DNA of 64,000 nt from the human T2T-CHM13v2.0 reference genome, Homo sapiens, in NCBI RefSeq assembly GCF_009914755.1, contig NC_060925.1, one strand, 5' to 3'. Made by a program: the position numbers and the translations under genes. Of the stretch, positions 26,582-47,590 are shown piece after piece. Every line of letters begins with the position of its first letter. The stretch's first letter is position 1. Under the pieces are notes generated by a model that saw only the letters and a list, made by a program, of their open reading frames with translations, was not told the DNA's origin and searched no databases.

Positions 26582-29500
26582 AACCAAGAAAGACCCTGCA
26601 TAGCCAAAGCAAGAAGAAGCAAAAAGAACAGATCTGGAAGCATCACATTACCCAACTTCAAACTATACTGTAAGGCCATAGTCACCAAAACAACATGGTA
26701 CTGGTATAAAAATAGGCACATAGACAAATGGAACAGTATAGAGAACCCAGAAGTAAAGCCAAATACTTACAGCCAACTGATCTTCAAAAAACTGAACAAA
26801 AACATAAAGTGAGGAAAGGACACCCTATTCAACAAATGGTGTTGGGATAACTGGCAAGCCACATGTAGAAGAATGAAACTGGATCCTCACCTCTCCCCTT
26901 ATACAAAAATCAATCCACGATGGATCAAAGACTTAAATCAAAGACCTGACACCATAAAGCTTCTACAAGATGACATCAGAAAAAACCCTTCTGTCATTGA
27001 ACTCACCTGCAGCTCTCAGGGTTTCTGTGTCTTTCTTTGTAGCCAGAGACAGGCCTACATACCAGCAATCATGTTGAAGGGAACTGCAGTTGATATTGAT
27101 ATTGGCACCACCTACTCTTGTGTGGGTGTTTTCCAGCACGGGAAAGTAGAGATAATTGCCAATGATCAGGGAAACCGAACCACTCCAAGCTATGTTGCCT
27201 TTACAGACACTGAACGATTGATAGGTGATGCCACAAAGAATCAAGTTGCAATGAACCCCACCAACATGGTTTTTTGATGCCAAACATCTAATTGGATGCA
27301 GATTTGATGATGCTGTTGTCCAGCCTGATATGAAGTATTGGCCCTTCATGGTGGTGAATGATGCTGGCAGGCCCAAGGTCCAAGTGGAATACAAGGGAGA
27401 GACCAAAAGCTTCTACCCAGAGGAGGTACCCTCTATGGTTCTGACAAAGATGAAGGAAATTGCAGAAGCATACCTTGGGAATATGGTTACCAATGCTGTG
27501 GTCACAGTGCCAGCTTACTTTAATGACCCTCAGCATCAGGCTACCAAATATGCTAGAACTATTGCTGGTCTCAATGTACTTAGAAGTATCAGTGAGCCAA
27601 CTGTAGCTGCTACTGCTTACAGCTTAGACAAAAAGGTTGGAGCTGAAAGAAATGTGCTGACCTTTGACCTGAGAGGTGGGACTTTTGATGTGTCAATCCT
27701 CACTATTGAGGATGGAATCTTTGAGGTCAGATCTACAGCTGGAGACACCCACTTGGGTGGAGAAGACTTTGACAACCGAATGTCAACCATTTTATTGCTG
27801 AGTTCAAGAGCAAGCATAAGAAGGACATCAGTGAGAATAAGAGAGCTGTAAGATGCCTCCATACTGCTTATGAACATGCTAAGTGTACTCTCTCTTCCAG
27901 CATCCAGGCCAGTATTGGGATCGATTCTCTCTATGAAGGAATAAACTTCTATATGTCCATTGCCTGTGCCCGATTTGAAGAATTGAATGCTGACCTGTTC
28001 CATAGCACCCTAGACCCCATAGAGAAAGCCCTTCAAGATGCCAAACTGGACAAGTCAAAGATTCATGATATTGTCCTGTTTGGTGGTTCTACTCATATCC
28101 CCAAGATTCAGAAGCTTCTCCAAGACTTCATCAATGGAAAAGAACCGAATAAGAGCATCAATCCTGATGAAGCTCTTGCTTATGGTGCAGCTGTTCAGGC
28201 AGCCATCCTATCTGGAGACAAGTCTGAAAATGTTCAAGAGTTGCTCCTCTTAGATGTCTCTCCTCTTTCCCTTGGTATTGAAACTGCTGGTGGAGTCACC
28301 ACTGTCTTCATCAAGCGTAATACTACCATTCCTACCAAGCAGACACAGACCTTCACTACCTATTCTGGCAACCAGCCTGGTGTGCTTATTCACAGGTTTA
28401 TGAAGGTGAGCGTGCCACGACCAAGGATAACAACCTGCGTGGCAAGTGTGAACTCACAGGCATACCTCCTGCACCCCGTGGTGTTCCTCAGATTGAAGTC
28501 ACTTTTGACATTGATGCCAATGGCATCCTCAATGTCTCTTCTGTGGACAAGAGTACAGGAAAAGAGAACAAGATTACTATCACTAATGACAAGGGCCATT
28601 TGAGCAAGGAAGACATTGAATGTATGGTCCAGGAAGCTGAGAAGTACAAAGCTGAAGATGAGAAGCAGAGGGATGAAGTGTCATCTAAGAATTCACTTGA
28701 GTCGTATGCATTCAACAAGAAAGCAACTGTCTAAGATGAGAAACTTCAAGGCAAGATTAATGATGAAGACAAACAGAAGATTCTGGACAAGTGTAATAAA
28801 ACTATCAGCTGGCTCGATAAAAATCAGACTGTTGAGAAGGAAGAATTTGAACATCAGCAGGAAGAGCTGGAGAAAGTCTGCAACTCCATCATTACCAAGT
28901 ATACCAGACTGCAGGAGGCGTGCCAGGAAGAATGCCTGGGGGATTCCCTGATGGTGGAGCTCCTCCCTCTGATGGTGCTTCCTCAGGGCCCACCATTGAA
29001 GAGGTTGATTAAGCCAACCCAACTATAGATGTAGCATTGTTCCACACATTTTGAAACACTGAAGGACCTAAATTTGTAGCAAATTCTGTGGCAGTTTAAA
29101 AAAGTTCAGCTAATATAGTAAGTAACTGGGTAGTCTCAATACTTGAATATGGAACATATGCACAGGGGAAGGAAATAACATTGCACTTTATAAATACTGT
29201 ATTTTAACTGGAAAATATAGTGTCTTAAATAAAAACTGTCTTAAATTGGCACCATAAAAAAACGTAAAATCCTTCTAGACATTGACTTAGGCAAAGACTT
29301 CATGACCGAGAACCCAAAAGCAAATGCAACAAAAACAAAGATAAATAGGCGGGACTTAATTAAACTAAAAAGCTTCGGCACAGCAAAAGAATCAGCAGAG
29401 TTAACAGACAACTTACAGAGTGGGAGAAAATTTTCACAATCTCTACATGTGACAAAAGACTAATATCCAGAATCTACAAAGAAATCAGCAAGAACAATAC

Positions 29501-30339
29501 AAATAATCCCATCAAAAAGTGGGCTAAGGAGATGAATTCTCAAAAAAAGATATACAAATGGCCAAAAAGCACATGGAAGAATGCTCAGCATCACTAATTA
29601 TTAGGGAAATAGAGATCAAAACCGCAATGCAATACCACCCCACTCCTGCAAGAATGGCCATAATAAAAAAATCAAAAAATAATATATGTTGGCAAGGATG
29701 TGGTGAAATGGGAACACTTTTACACTGCTGGTGGGAATGTAAACTAGTACAACCAGGATGGAAAACAACGTGGAGATTCCTTAAAAAACTAAAAGTAGAT
29801 CTATCATTTGATCCAGCAATCCGACTACTGGGTATCTACCCAGAGGAAAAGAAGTCATTATACGAAAAAGATACTTGCGCATGCATGTTTATAGCAGCAC
29901 AATTTGCAATTGCAGAAAAAAATGTCCCATCAACCAACGCATGGATAAAGAAAATGTGGTACATATATACCATGGAATACTACCTCAGACATAACAAGGA
30001 ATGAAATAATGGCATTTGCAGCAATCTGAATGGAATTGGAGACTATTATTCTAAGTAAAATAACTCGGGAATGGACAACCAAACATCGTATGTTCTCACT
30101 CATAAGTGGGAGCTAAGCTATGAGAACACAAAGGAATAAGAATGATACAATGGACTTTGGGAACTTCAGGGAAAGGGTGGGAGGGGGATGAGGGATAAAT
30201 GACTACACATTGGGTACAGTGTACACTACTTGTGTGATGGGTGCACCAAAATCTCAGAAATCACCACTGAAGAATTTATTCATGTAACCAAACACCACCT
30301 GTTCCCCAAAAACGTATTAAATAAAAAATAAATCTTAAA

Positions 30340-30340
<1 letters not shown>
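26582..30340 (+). mobile_element. L1PB-like 3' half, split by the HSPA8 retrocopy
   Basis: ORF2 C-terminal peptides and 3' UTR are colinear either side of 26993-29262. Confidence 0.88.
26993..29262 (+). pseudogene. Processed HSPA8 (Hsc70) pseudogene, full length (CDS remnant 27071-29012)
   Basis: Intronless. HSPA8 5'UTR TCATTGAACTC.CCTGCAGCTCT; [33 protein letters not shown]; ends GPTIEEVD*; 3'UTR, AATAAA and poly(A); TSD AAAA(C/T)CCTTCT at 26982-26992 and 29266-29276; several frameshifts and stops. Confidence 0.96.
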
Positions 30341-32815
<2,475 letters not shown>

Positions 32816-33097
32816 AACTGGCATCACAGCTATGAAAATAAATTGAATTGTTAAATGGCAGTTGATACAGACTTCAGGTAAAATGATAACTAAGCTACAT
32901 GGCTGAATAAAATGTTTAGAATGCAACTGAGAAAGCAGAGAGATCTAAAATATATGAAAGAGATTAGGAGATACAAATAATAAAATGAGCAGGTCTAATT
33001 TAAATCATGTTGAAAATTCAGAAGTAGAGAAGAGGGAAAACAAAGATACAATATTTGAAATAAAGACTTTGAATTTTATAGAAATGATAAAGTGAGA

Positions 33098-33400
33098 TCA
33101 GGAGGGATGGCTCATACCTATAATCCAACACTTTGAGAGGCCAAGGCAGGAGGATTGCAGGAGGATTCCTTGAGCCCAAGGAGTTTGAGACCAGCCTCGG
33201 CAACACAGCGAGACCCTGTCTCTACAAAAAAAATTTTTTAAATTAGCCAGGTGTGGTGGCGTGTGCCTGTAATCCCAGCTATTCAAAGGCTGAGGTGGGA
33301 GGATCATTTGAGCCCAGGAGGTCGAGGGAACAGTGAGCCATGATTGTGCCATTGCACCCCAGGCTGAGGGACAGAGAGAAACCCTGTCTCAAAAAAATAT
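33098..33400 (+). mobile_element. Alu (AluJ)
   Basis: Diverged Alu with small GCAGGAGGATT duplication. Confidence 0.9.
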
Positions 33401-33513
33401 ATAGAAATAAGTAAAAATAAAAACATAACAAAATTGGGAAATGCAGATACATGTGGGAGATCAAAAAAGTGTGATAAATAAAACGGGATATTTATATACA
33501 AACAAGAATAGTG

Positions 33514-33830
33514 TGGCCGGGCGCAATGGCTCACGCCTGTAATCCCAGCACTTTGGGAGGCCGAGGTGGGCGGATCACGAGGTCAGGAGATTGAGACCAT
33601 CCTGGCTAACATAGTGAAACCCCGTCTCTACTAAAAATACAAACAATTAGCCGAGTGTGGTGGCGGGCGCCTGTGGGAACCAGGGTGGCGGGCGCCTGGT
33701 GGGAAGGGCGCCTCGTGGGAACCCGGGGGGGCGGAGCTTGCAGTGAGCCGAGATGGCGCCACTGCACTCCAGCCTGGGTGACAGAGCGAGGCTCCGTCTC
33801 AAAAAAATAAAAAGAAAGAAAGCAAAGAAA
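33514..33830 (+). mobile_element. AluY with rearranged right arm
   Basis: AluY diagnostics; 33675-33720 replaced by repeated GGGCGCCT/GTGGGAA units. Confidence 0.93.
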
Positions 33831-34035
33831 CAAAAATCCTGTAGACATATGACTGATGTGCACAATTTACTCAATTGCATTTGCTAATCATATTAATCAT
33901 ATTACAAAGATCGTTATGATTGATATAACACAGGGTTAGTAATAACCTTGAATGAATGTATTCAGAGAAATACCCTATGCAACATGTAAAACTATTTGGG
34001 GGACTATCAAATGCATTTCTAGTTGTAAATTTTCA

Positions 34036-34981
34036 TCACTTTTGATAAACCTTAATTATTCTCCTCCAAAGAGTCTGAACAATCTTGAATATTTGTTATC
34101 AGCATAGGTTAAGACTAAAGGACTAATTATGGCATAGTTATTGACCACAGGCATATGGAATCATACCAGTAGAGGGTCGTTTATCCATGTCACAACCACT
34201 GAAAATGAGAATATGAAGTCCACCCAATATATGAAGACAAAACAGCTCACCAACAATAGGATGGTCTGGGAGGCCCTTTTTGCTGGGGAGGCTCTTGGGG
34301 AGACGCTGGTGCTATGTAGGTGCTGGGACAGTCTCTTTTGTTTGTACAAAATAATCACCCATAGCCACTTGAGAGGACCATGAGTCCTATGAAGATGACA
34401 TCCCTCAAAACCATTAGTATGAAAAACAGGCTCCTGTGGGTGTAGCTCATGGGCAAAACATAACAGTGCTCAGTGACAAACAAAAGACTGGCCCCAATCC
34501 TATTCGGGGTAGGCACAATGAAAAGCAAAAGGTTATTAGTAATGAACATGTTGAGGACCCATGAGAAGAGGATGAAGCCTAAGGTGTGATTTGCAGAAAT
34601 ATGTTTAAACTTTTCCAAGAAGGAGGTGCTGGGGCTGATGGTGATGGCCTGGAGCACGCTTAGGAGGCAAGTGGTGCAGATGGAGACTCCCCTCATCACC
34701 CTGTTTAAAAATGTGATGATCTTACACTTTAGATCATTGTTCTGAATATTCCATGATTCAAATAAGTCGGAGGACACCAGTATCGCCTGAGTGAAGAGTA
34801 GCAGTATGTGGATTAGGGGCAAGTGACTAATGGTCATGTCAATGGGCTTAAGCCTGTGAGTATAAGCAAAAGTGAAGATGTGGAAAAGAAGGAGGAAGGT
34901 GTTTGCTGAGATTCCAAAGCTGACTTGAGGGTAATAAACATTTTTAATGACAATATAGCTGAAAAGCTTGGTCATTTCCAT
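34036..34981 (-). pseudogene. VN1R17P: Vomeronasal type-1 receptor pseudogene (208-aa ORF 34355-34981; frameshift ~34360, stop 34161-34163, further -1 near 3' end)
   Basis: V1R motifs GISANTFLL, RVMRGVSICTTCLLSVLQAITISP, LRDVIFIGLM; TM6-7 continue in another frame (KRASQTILLLVSCFVFIYWVD); ancestral stop at 34036-34038. Confidence 0.92.
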
Positions 34982-36179
34982 GGAAAATTAAAACAAATAA
35001 AGGATATCTGTAGAGAAAAATAAGACATCAAATGATAATTGCATTAGGAACATTTCTGCCATGTTGTTAATTAGTATCATTATGTTCAATAATCTCTGTG
35101 ATCTGGAATAAAAAATGTCGATTAAATCTGAGTAGTTTATTACTCTTTGCTAAATATTCAACGCAACCATGTAATTCTCCAGATACTTGCTGTCCGTCTC
35201 CCATTCCCACCCCTGTGGTTCTCCCTCTGTTCCCTTTCCTGGGCTCCCACAAAATCTATGCTTTCCTCCATAGCAACATTTGCCCTCTTGATGGAAAACT
35301 GATGGTTTCTCTTGTACATGTCCACAAGTACCTCAAGGGCAGGAAGGAGCTTGGATTTCTGCTGTGCACAAACTTCTTCTACCTATAGATATCTGTCAAA
35401 CAAAATCAAAGTATGTGTTGGGCAAGTGGAAAAAGTAAATTAACTCAACAGGACCATTTCGATCTTTATCTCATCTTCTCTGGGGCTCCTTTCCTGGTGC
35501 ACTTGGGGATGGAGAAATAAAATGACTCAATGATTTTCACTGAACAGTAACTATTATTGACAGTGGCAGAGCAGCTTCTTACATATATCTTGGTACGTAG
35601 CTTACATAGATTCTGCAGAAAAATAACAAAACCTTAAGGTCTATAAACAGTTAAAACTCTCACATTCAAACATGGGCACTTATTGTGGTAAATGCAGCTT
35701 TGACCCCATGCATGATGGTGAAAACCCTGGAAGCATGCCGGGAGAGTGGCAATGTGCACCAAGGGCCTTCCTTGACTGACTACGCAGCCCTTGTTTCCAC
35801 GGAAGACCATTTAGCCGGTGCTGGGCACCAAGCCTGGTCCTCAGTCATGCTCAATAGTGGGATTCATAGCATCATCACAACTACCTGGGCTCTGCTCCTG
35901 GTCACAAGAAAAGGAAGGAGAACAAAGTAAGGGCAGCTGCTCAGCAGAATCAGACCAGGCTTGACAGAGTTGACTGTGGTGGGACATGGTGTAGCGTAAG
36001 GAAATGACGATCTGTGCTTCTATATCCTGGGTTGTTAAATCAGAACATAATGCACCTGTCTAGGAACCTTGTAAAGTGTAAAACATAAAAACTGCATAAA
36101 GCACTTAAATCAGTGTCAGGCATACAAAGACCTAAAAGTGAATCCTGTCAATCATAAAATAATAGCTACTTTGTCATAA

Positions 36180-38575
<2,396 letters not shown>

Positions 38576-38579
38576 AAGA

Positions 38580-40235
<1,656 letters not shown>

Positions 40236-41190
40236 TGTAGTGAGAAACAAATGAGAAGGAAGACATAGACCTTTATTTTGTGGAGAAATAAACATAAGAA
40301 CCATTATGGGATTCATTTGGTATAAATTTATTATGCAGAAGAAACTATAAATTGAGTATTCAAAAATAATTGAATACATTCACATTTTTAGTCTACCTCA
40401 CATTCAGGTTTTAAAGTAACAGGAGTGTAAAAAGATATCAATAATATAAATAAATAAAAATCTAGAATCATTTCTAGAAAAATTATTGCTGAAGTGAGCT
40501 TTTGTCTAAAGTCTACTATTCTTTCCAAAAGCAGAGGGGGTTAAAATAACAAAAACCAAAAACAAATAAAGCCTACTGAATCTAAATTAACTAAAGTATT
40601 AGATATTATTAGATTCTGAGCATTATTATAAGTTATTCTGTACCTTAAGAGAAAATCCTGCCTCTTGCATGTGCCTGGGTAGACCCTAAATAGTCAGTCA
40701 CTGAAATTATTGTCCTAGACCTACATTTCTTTCCCGCTGCCTCACTGTCGCTCTTTCTCAGACTGAAAAACTAAGCAACACTTACCAAGCAGGGTTTTGA
40801 GAGTGTGTTTTTCCATGTGAGGACAGCCACGCTGCTGTTATATAAAAAGAATCTCATTACCTCATCTCTCCCCCTCTCCCCGGATGAGCAATTTTCCTAT
40901 TACCTTTGAAATACGGCAATGTCTGGTTGTTTTGGTAAGAAGCAGTCTCAAAAGGGAAAAAGAGGTACTTACTTTACTTACCAAGTAAAGCAAAGTAAAT
41001 AGCGACACCTCCTCAGTTGAACACTTTTTAATGTCGTAATCCACAATGTGTAAACCTGGGGTGTTCATGTGATTATATCACACTAAGCCAAACTAAATCC
41101 CCACTTCCACTTGACCTAGCATGTATATCAGTGTCATGTAGGATAAGCTCGAACACATTGAGAACTGAAAATTGGAATATAAACTAATTA

Positions 41191-41558
<368 letters not shown>

Positions 41559-41599
41559 CTAGTAGCAATGAGCAGGCCATATATTCAGATTTCTGAAAA

Positions 41600-42035
41600 A
41601 CTATTTTATTAAGATTTGACTGACATATCAAAAGTTGTACATATTTAAGGGTAAGTATATGCTACAAAACCATAACCACCATCATGGCCATAAACATATA
41701 CATCACTTCCCAAAGTTACCTTCTACATCCTTTATTATTGCTGTTCTTTTTGTTTGCTTGGTTGGTTTTGTGTTATTTTTTATGAACATTTAACATAAGA
41801 TCTACCCTCTTAGCAAATTGAAGGTATACAGTACAGTTTTGTTAACTATAGACACCAAGTTATATATCTTGAGAATTTATTTATCTTGCATAACTATAAC
41901 TTTGTACAATTTAACCATTACTTCTTCATTTCCTCCTCCATCCAGCCCTTGACAGCCATCATTCTATTCTCAACTTCTGTGAGTCCATTTTAGATCCTTC
42001 ATATATAGGTGAGATTATGCAGTATGTGTCTTTCC
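41600..42035 (-). mobile_element. L1MA/MB 3' end
   Basis: Reverse L1M 3' UTR (ACATTTAACATAAGATCTACCCTCTTAGCAAAT; TTTTAGAT..CATATA). Confidence 0.75.
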
Positions 42036-42215
42036 CTTACAGCCAGATTTTGATTTCTAAATACCTATTTCCATATAAGCCTAACCATGATTCTTTGGTC
42101 TTGAGTAGGAAATATATAAAATGGGCCTTTGTCAAAAAGCAAGAAAGCACTACAAGATGAGTGAGATTTCATCAAAAAGATAGACAAGACAGAATTTAGG
42201 GGCTTCCAAGGGTAA

Positions 42216-42581
<366 letters not shown>

Positions 42582-42849
42582 TGACTAGAATTAATGCAGC
42601 TGAGTGCCATGGTGCATGCCTGTAGTCCCAGGTACTTGGGAGGCTGAGGCAGGTGGATCACTTGAGCCCAAAAATTTGAGGCCAGCCTGTGCATCATAGC
42701 AAAGCCTAGTCGAAAAAAAGAACTAATGCTTTCCATATATAAATGTTCATTATCCCACTCTCAGTGTTACTTAAAAAAGAGTATGAATATTAATATTGTG
42801 TGTGTAATAACATAGATGAAAAGCAAATGTCAAACTCACCCTATCTACC

Positions 42850-44670
42850 AGTCAATCTTAAAAATGTCCAATCAATAATGCTACCCAGTCTCCGAATACA
42901 GTGTAAGATTTCCCTGGGCAAGGAGGCAAGCCCAAGACCATTCTTATTTCTGGAGTACCTCCTTGCCCATTTCTAGTGGCTGAGCAATAATTCCACCCAA
43001 TTTCTGAGCCTTGCCCAACTGCAAGATCCAAAGAGTAATACCACTCAGCCTGGAGCCACAGCCTGAGACCCTCCTTTATAAAGGTGACAGCAGAGCCCAG
43101 TCCACAGCTCCTCCTGACTGAAGAGCCCAGCTACTGATTTCACCAGACCTCACAGCCCAGCCAGAAGCTTTAGCTGATCTCAGAGCACAGGCCGCAACCC
43201 AGCCCAAAGAGAGAATGTGACAGCAACCTCCTCCTGTCCATGGTCACTGCCATTTGAGCCATCCAGAACCCAGGTTAGAATAAACAGTAAAGGACTAGTC
43301 CCATGAAAGAACACATGGGAAGACTGGGAGATGTGGCCATGGTTTTAAAATGACAGACACCAACACAAGGACACAAAGATTATGTAGAATCAGTAAAATA
43401 TGACACTACCAAAAGAAACTAATAAAGGTCCAATAATAGATTGTTTAAAAATTAAGATCTATGAACTAAGAATGGAATCCCTTAAAGAAGTTCACTGAGT
43501 GATTAAAAAAAAGAGAAAAGAAAACTAAATGGAATTAGGAAAATATGACACAAAGAAAAAGAGAAGATTGAAAAAATAAATAGAAACAATAAAACAAATA
43601 GAAATCCTAGAAAGGAAGAATAAGATGACAGAAGTAAAAAATTCAATAGAAACCTCCAATAGCAGACTTGATTAAACAAAAGAAATAATCCATGAGCTTG
43701 AAGAAAGAACATTTGAATTTATCTAATGAGAGAATCAAAAAGCAAAAAGAATAAAAATGAATGAAGAAAACCTACAGGATCTATAGTATACTATCAAGAG
43801 AGCTAATACTTGCATAATAGGAGTTCAGAAGGAAAAGAGAAAGAGAGAAATAAACAAAAAGCTTACTTTTAAAAATTATGGGCCAGACAGGGTGGTTCAT
43901 GCCTATAATCCAAGCACTTAGGGATGCTGAGGCATGAGGACCATCCAAGATCAGTAGTTCCAGAGCAGCCTGGGCAACTCCAAAAATATATTTTTAATAA
44001 AAATTTTGATAAATTTATATCATTATAATATATATTGTTAAAAATTTATTAAAATAATAACTATATATTATATTATTTTATAAGTAATGTAAATTTTAAA
44101 TAAGATATTCTAATAAATTTAATTTTTGTCACTACAAAAAATAAATTAAAAAAAATTTTTTTAAGATGGTTAAGGCCAGATGCAGAGGCTCATGCACTTT
44201 GGGACACTGAGGTGGGAGGAATGCTTGAGCCCAAAAGTTAGAGATTGGCATAGGCAATATAGTGAAAGCCATCTATAAAAAAATTTAAAAATTAGCCAGC
44301 CATAGTGGTGCATGCCTGTAGTCCCAGCTACTTGGGGGGCTGAGGTGGGAGAATTGCTTGAGCCCAGGAGGTCAAGGCAGCAGTGACTTATGATTGTGCC
44401 ACTGTACTCCAGCCTGGGGGACAAAGCAAGGCCCTTCCTTAAAAAAAAAAAGAAATTATGGTTAAAAATTTCTGAATATGGGAAAAGATATGAGCATCTA
44501 GGCATAAGAATCTCAGTGATATTCAATTAAACTCAAGCCAAAGAATAGCTCACCTAGAAGTATTAAGAAAAATCTCTCAAAATCAAAGAAAAAAAGGAAA
44601 TTCTGATATCACCATGATGTAAAAAATATCACATACATGGGAGCCCCCAGTGTAGTTATCAATGAATTTT
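42850..44670 (+). mobile_element. Old L1M 5' UTR/ORF1 region with Alu fragments (43882-43980, 44174-44452)
   Basis: A-rich ORF1 remnant (AATAGCAGACTTGA...ATAATAGGAGTTCAGAAGG). Confidence 0.7.
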
Positions 44671-45170
44671 TTTACCATTTTTAATTTTTGTGGGTACATA
44701 ATAGGTGTATATATTTATGGGGAACATAAGATGTTTTGTACAGGCATGCAATGCATAATAATCATATCATGGAGAATGGAGTAGCCATCCTGTCAAAAAT
44801 TTATCCTTTGTGTTACAAATAATCCAATTATACTATTTTAGTTAGTTTTAAATGCACATTTAAATTATTATTGCCGATAGCCACCCTGTTGTGCCATGTA
44901 AGAGTAGGTCTTATTCATTCTTTCTAACTATTTTTTGTACCCATTATCTACCCCTACTTCCCTCCCAACCCCTCACTACCCTTCCCAGCTTCTGATAACC
45001 ATCCTTCTACTCTCTATCTTCATGAGTTTAATTGTCTTCATTTTTAGATCCCACAAATAAGTGAGAATGTACATTGTCTTTCTGTGCCTGGATCATTTCA
45101 CTTAATATAATGATCTCCAGTTCCATCCATGTTGTTGCAAAGGACAAGATCTTATTCTTATTCTTTTTGA

Positions 45171-45470
45171 AATCATCATTCTCAGTAAACTATCGCAAGG
45201 ACAAAAAACCAAACACCGCGTGTTCTCACTCATAGGCGGGAATTGAACAATGAGAACACATGGACACAGGAAGGGGAACATCACACTCTGGGGACTGTTG
45301 TGGGGTGGGCAGAGTGGGGAGGGATAGCATTAGGAGATATACCTAATGCTAAATGACGAGTTAATGGGTGCAGTATGCCAGCATGGCACATGTATACATA
45401 TGTAACTAACCTGCACATTGTCCACACGTACTCTAAAACTTAAAGTATAATAATAAAAAAATTTTTTAAA
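45171..45470 (+). mobile_element. Young L1PA 3' fragment nested in L1MA
   Basis: L1PA 3' UTR; TSD TCTTATTCTTTTTGA at 45156-45170 and 45476-45490. Confidence 0.9.
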
Positions 45471-45837
45471 AAATATCTTATTCTTTTTGATGGCTGAATA
45501 GTGCTCCATTGTGTATATGTACCACATTTTCTTTATCCATTCATCTGTTGATGGACATTTAGGTTGCTTCCAAATCTTGACTATTGTTAAAGGGCTGCAA
45601 CAAACATGGGACTGAAGATATCCCTTTGATATCTGACTTCCTTTCAGTGGGACGGCTGGATCACATGTTAGCTCAGTTTGTAGTTTTTTTTGAAGAACCT
45701 TCAAACCATTCTCCATAATGGTTGTACAAATTTATATTCCCACTGGAGTGTACAAGGGTTCCCTTTTCTCATGCCCTTGCCAGCATTTTGTATTGCCTGT
45801 CTTTTGGATATATACCATTTTAATGGGAGTGAGATGA

Positions 45838-46207
<370 letters not shown>

Positions 46208-47282
46208 AAGCACCTTTTCATATGCTTATTTTCCATTTGTATGTCTTCTTTTGAGAAATGGTTATTCAACTCTTTTGCCCATCTTTTGATCAAATTATTA
46301 GTTTTTTTTTGTATAGAGTTGTTTGAGCTCCTTATAGATTACGGTTACTAACTCCTTGTCAGATAGGTGGTTTGCAAATATTTTTTCCTATTCTGTGGGT
46401 TGTCTCTTAACTTTGTTGATTGTATTTGCTGTGCAGAAACTTTTTAACTTGATGTGATCTCATTTGTCTATTTTTGCTTTGGTTACCTGTGCTAGTGGGG
46501 TATTGCTCAAAACATTTTTGCCCAGATCAATGTCCTGGAGATTTTCTCCAGTATTTTCTGGTAGTTGTTTCACGGTTTAATGTCTTAGATTTAAGTCTTT
46601 AGTCCATTTTCATTTTATTTTTATATATGGTGAAGGAGAGGGGTCTAGTTCCATTCTTCTGCATATGGATATCCAGTTTTCTCAGCACCATTTAATGAAG
46701 AGACAGTCTTTTCCCCCAGTGTATATATATTCTTGGCATGTTTGTTGAAAATGAGTTTACTGTAGGTATGTGGAATTATTTCTGAGTTCTCTATTCTGTT
46801 CTATTGGTCTATGTGTCTACCTTTATGCCAGTGCCACGCTGTTTTTGGTTATTACAGCTCTGTAGTGTAACATGAAGTCAGGTAACGTGGTTCCTCCAGT
46901 TTTGTTCTTCTTGTTCAGGATACTTTTGGCTATTCCGGATCTTTTGTGGTTTCATATAAGTTTCAGGATTGTTTTTTCTATTTCTGTATAGCATTTCATT
47001 GGTATTTTGACAGGGATTGCATTTTATTTGTAGATTGCTTTGGGTAGTATAAACATTTTAACAGTATTGTTTCTTCCAATACATGAACATGAAATATCTT
47101 TCCATTTTTTGGTGTCCTCTTCAATTTCTTTCATCAGTGTTTTACAGTTTTTATTATACAGATCTTTCACTTTTTTGGTTAATTCCAGGTATTTAACTTT
47201 ATTTCTGGCTGCTGTATATGGGATTCCTATTTTTTATTTCTTTTTCAAATTGTTCACTGTTGGCATAAAGAAGTGCTACTCA

Positions 47283-47590
47283 TTTTTCATTTTATTTTAT
47301 GTTTTTTGGAGACAGAGCCTTGCTCTGTCGCCCACGATGGAGTGCAGTGGCGCGATCTCGGCTCATGGCAAGCTCCACCTCCCGGGTTCACGCCATTCTG
47401 CTGTCTTAGCCTCCTGAGTAGCTGGGACTGCAGGCACCCGCCACCACGCTCAGCTAATTTTTTTGTATTTTTAGTAGAGATGGGGTTTCACCGTGTTAGC
47501 CAGGATGGTCTCGATCTCCTGATCTTGTGATACACCCACCTCGGCCTCCCAAAGTGCTGGGATTACAGGCATGAGCCACCGTGCCCAGCC
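47283..47590 (-). mobile_element. AluY
   Basis: Reverse AluY. Confidence 0.93.

Noticed and set aside
26873-27277. L1 ORF2-HSPA8 fusion ORF (134 aa)
   Set aside because: Coincidental frame continuity across the insertion junction; ends at the first pseudogene frameshift
27330-28951. Hsp70 ORFs as a functional retrogene
   Set aside because: Multiple frameshifts and in-frame stops, with substitutions in conserved motifs (DIDIGTT, DLRGGT, LFGGSTH)
35680-36000. GC-richer unique-looking segment, possible ncRNA or retrocopy remnant
   Set aside because: Could not match it convincingly to any RNA or gene family from sequence alone
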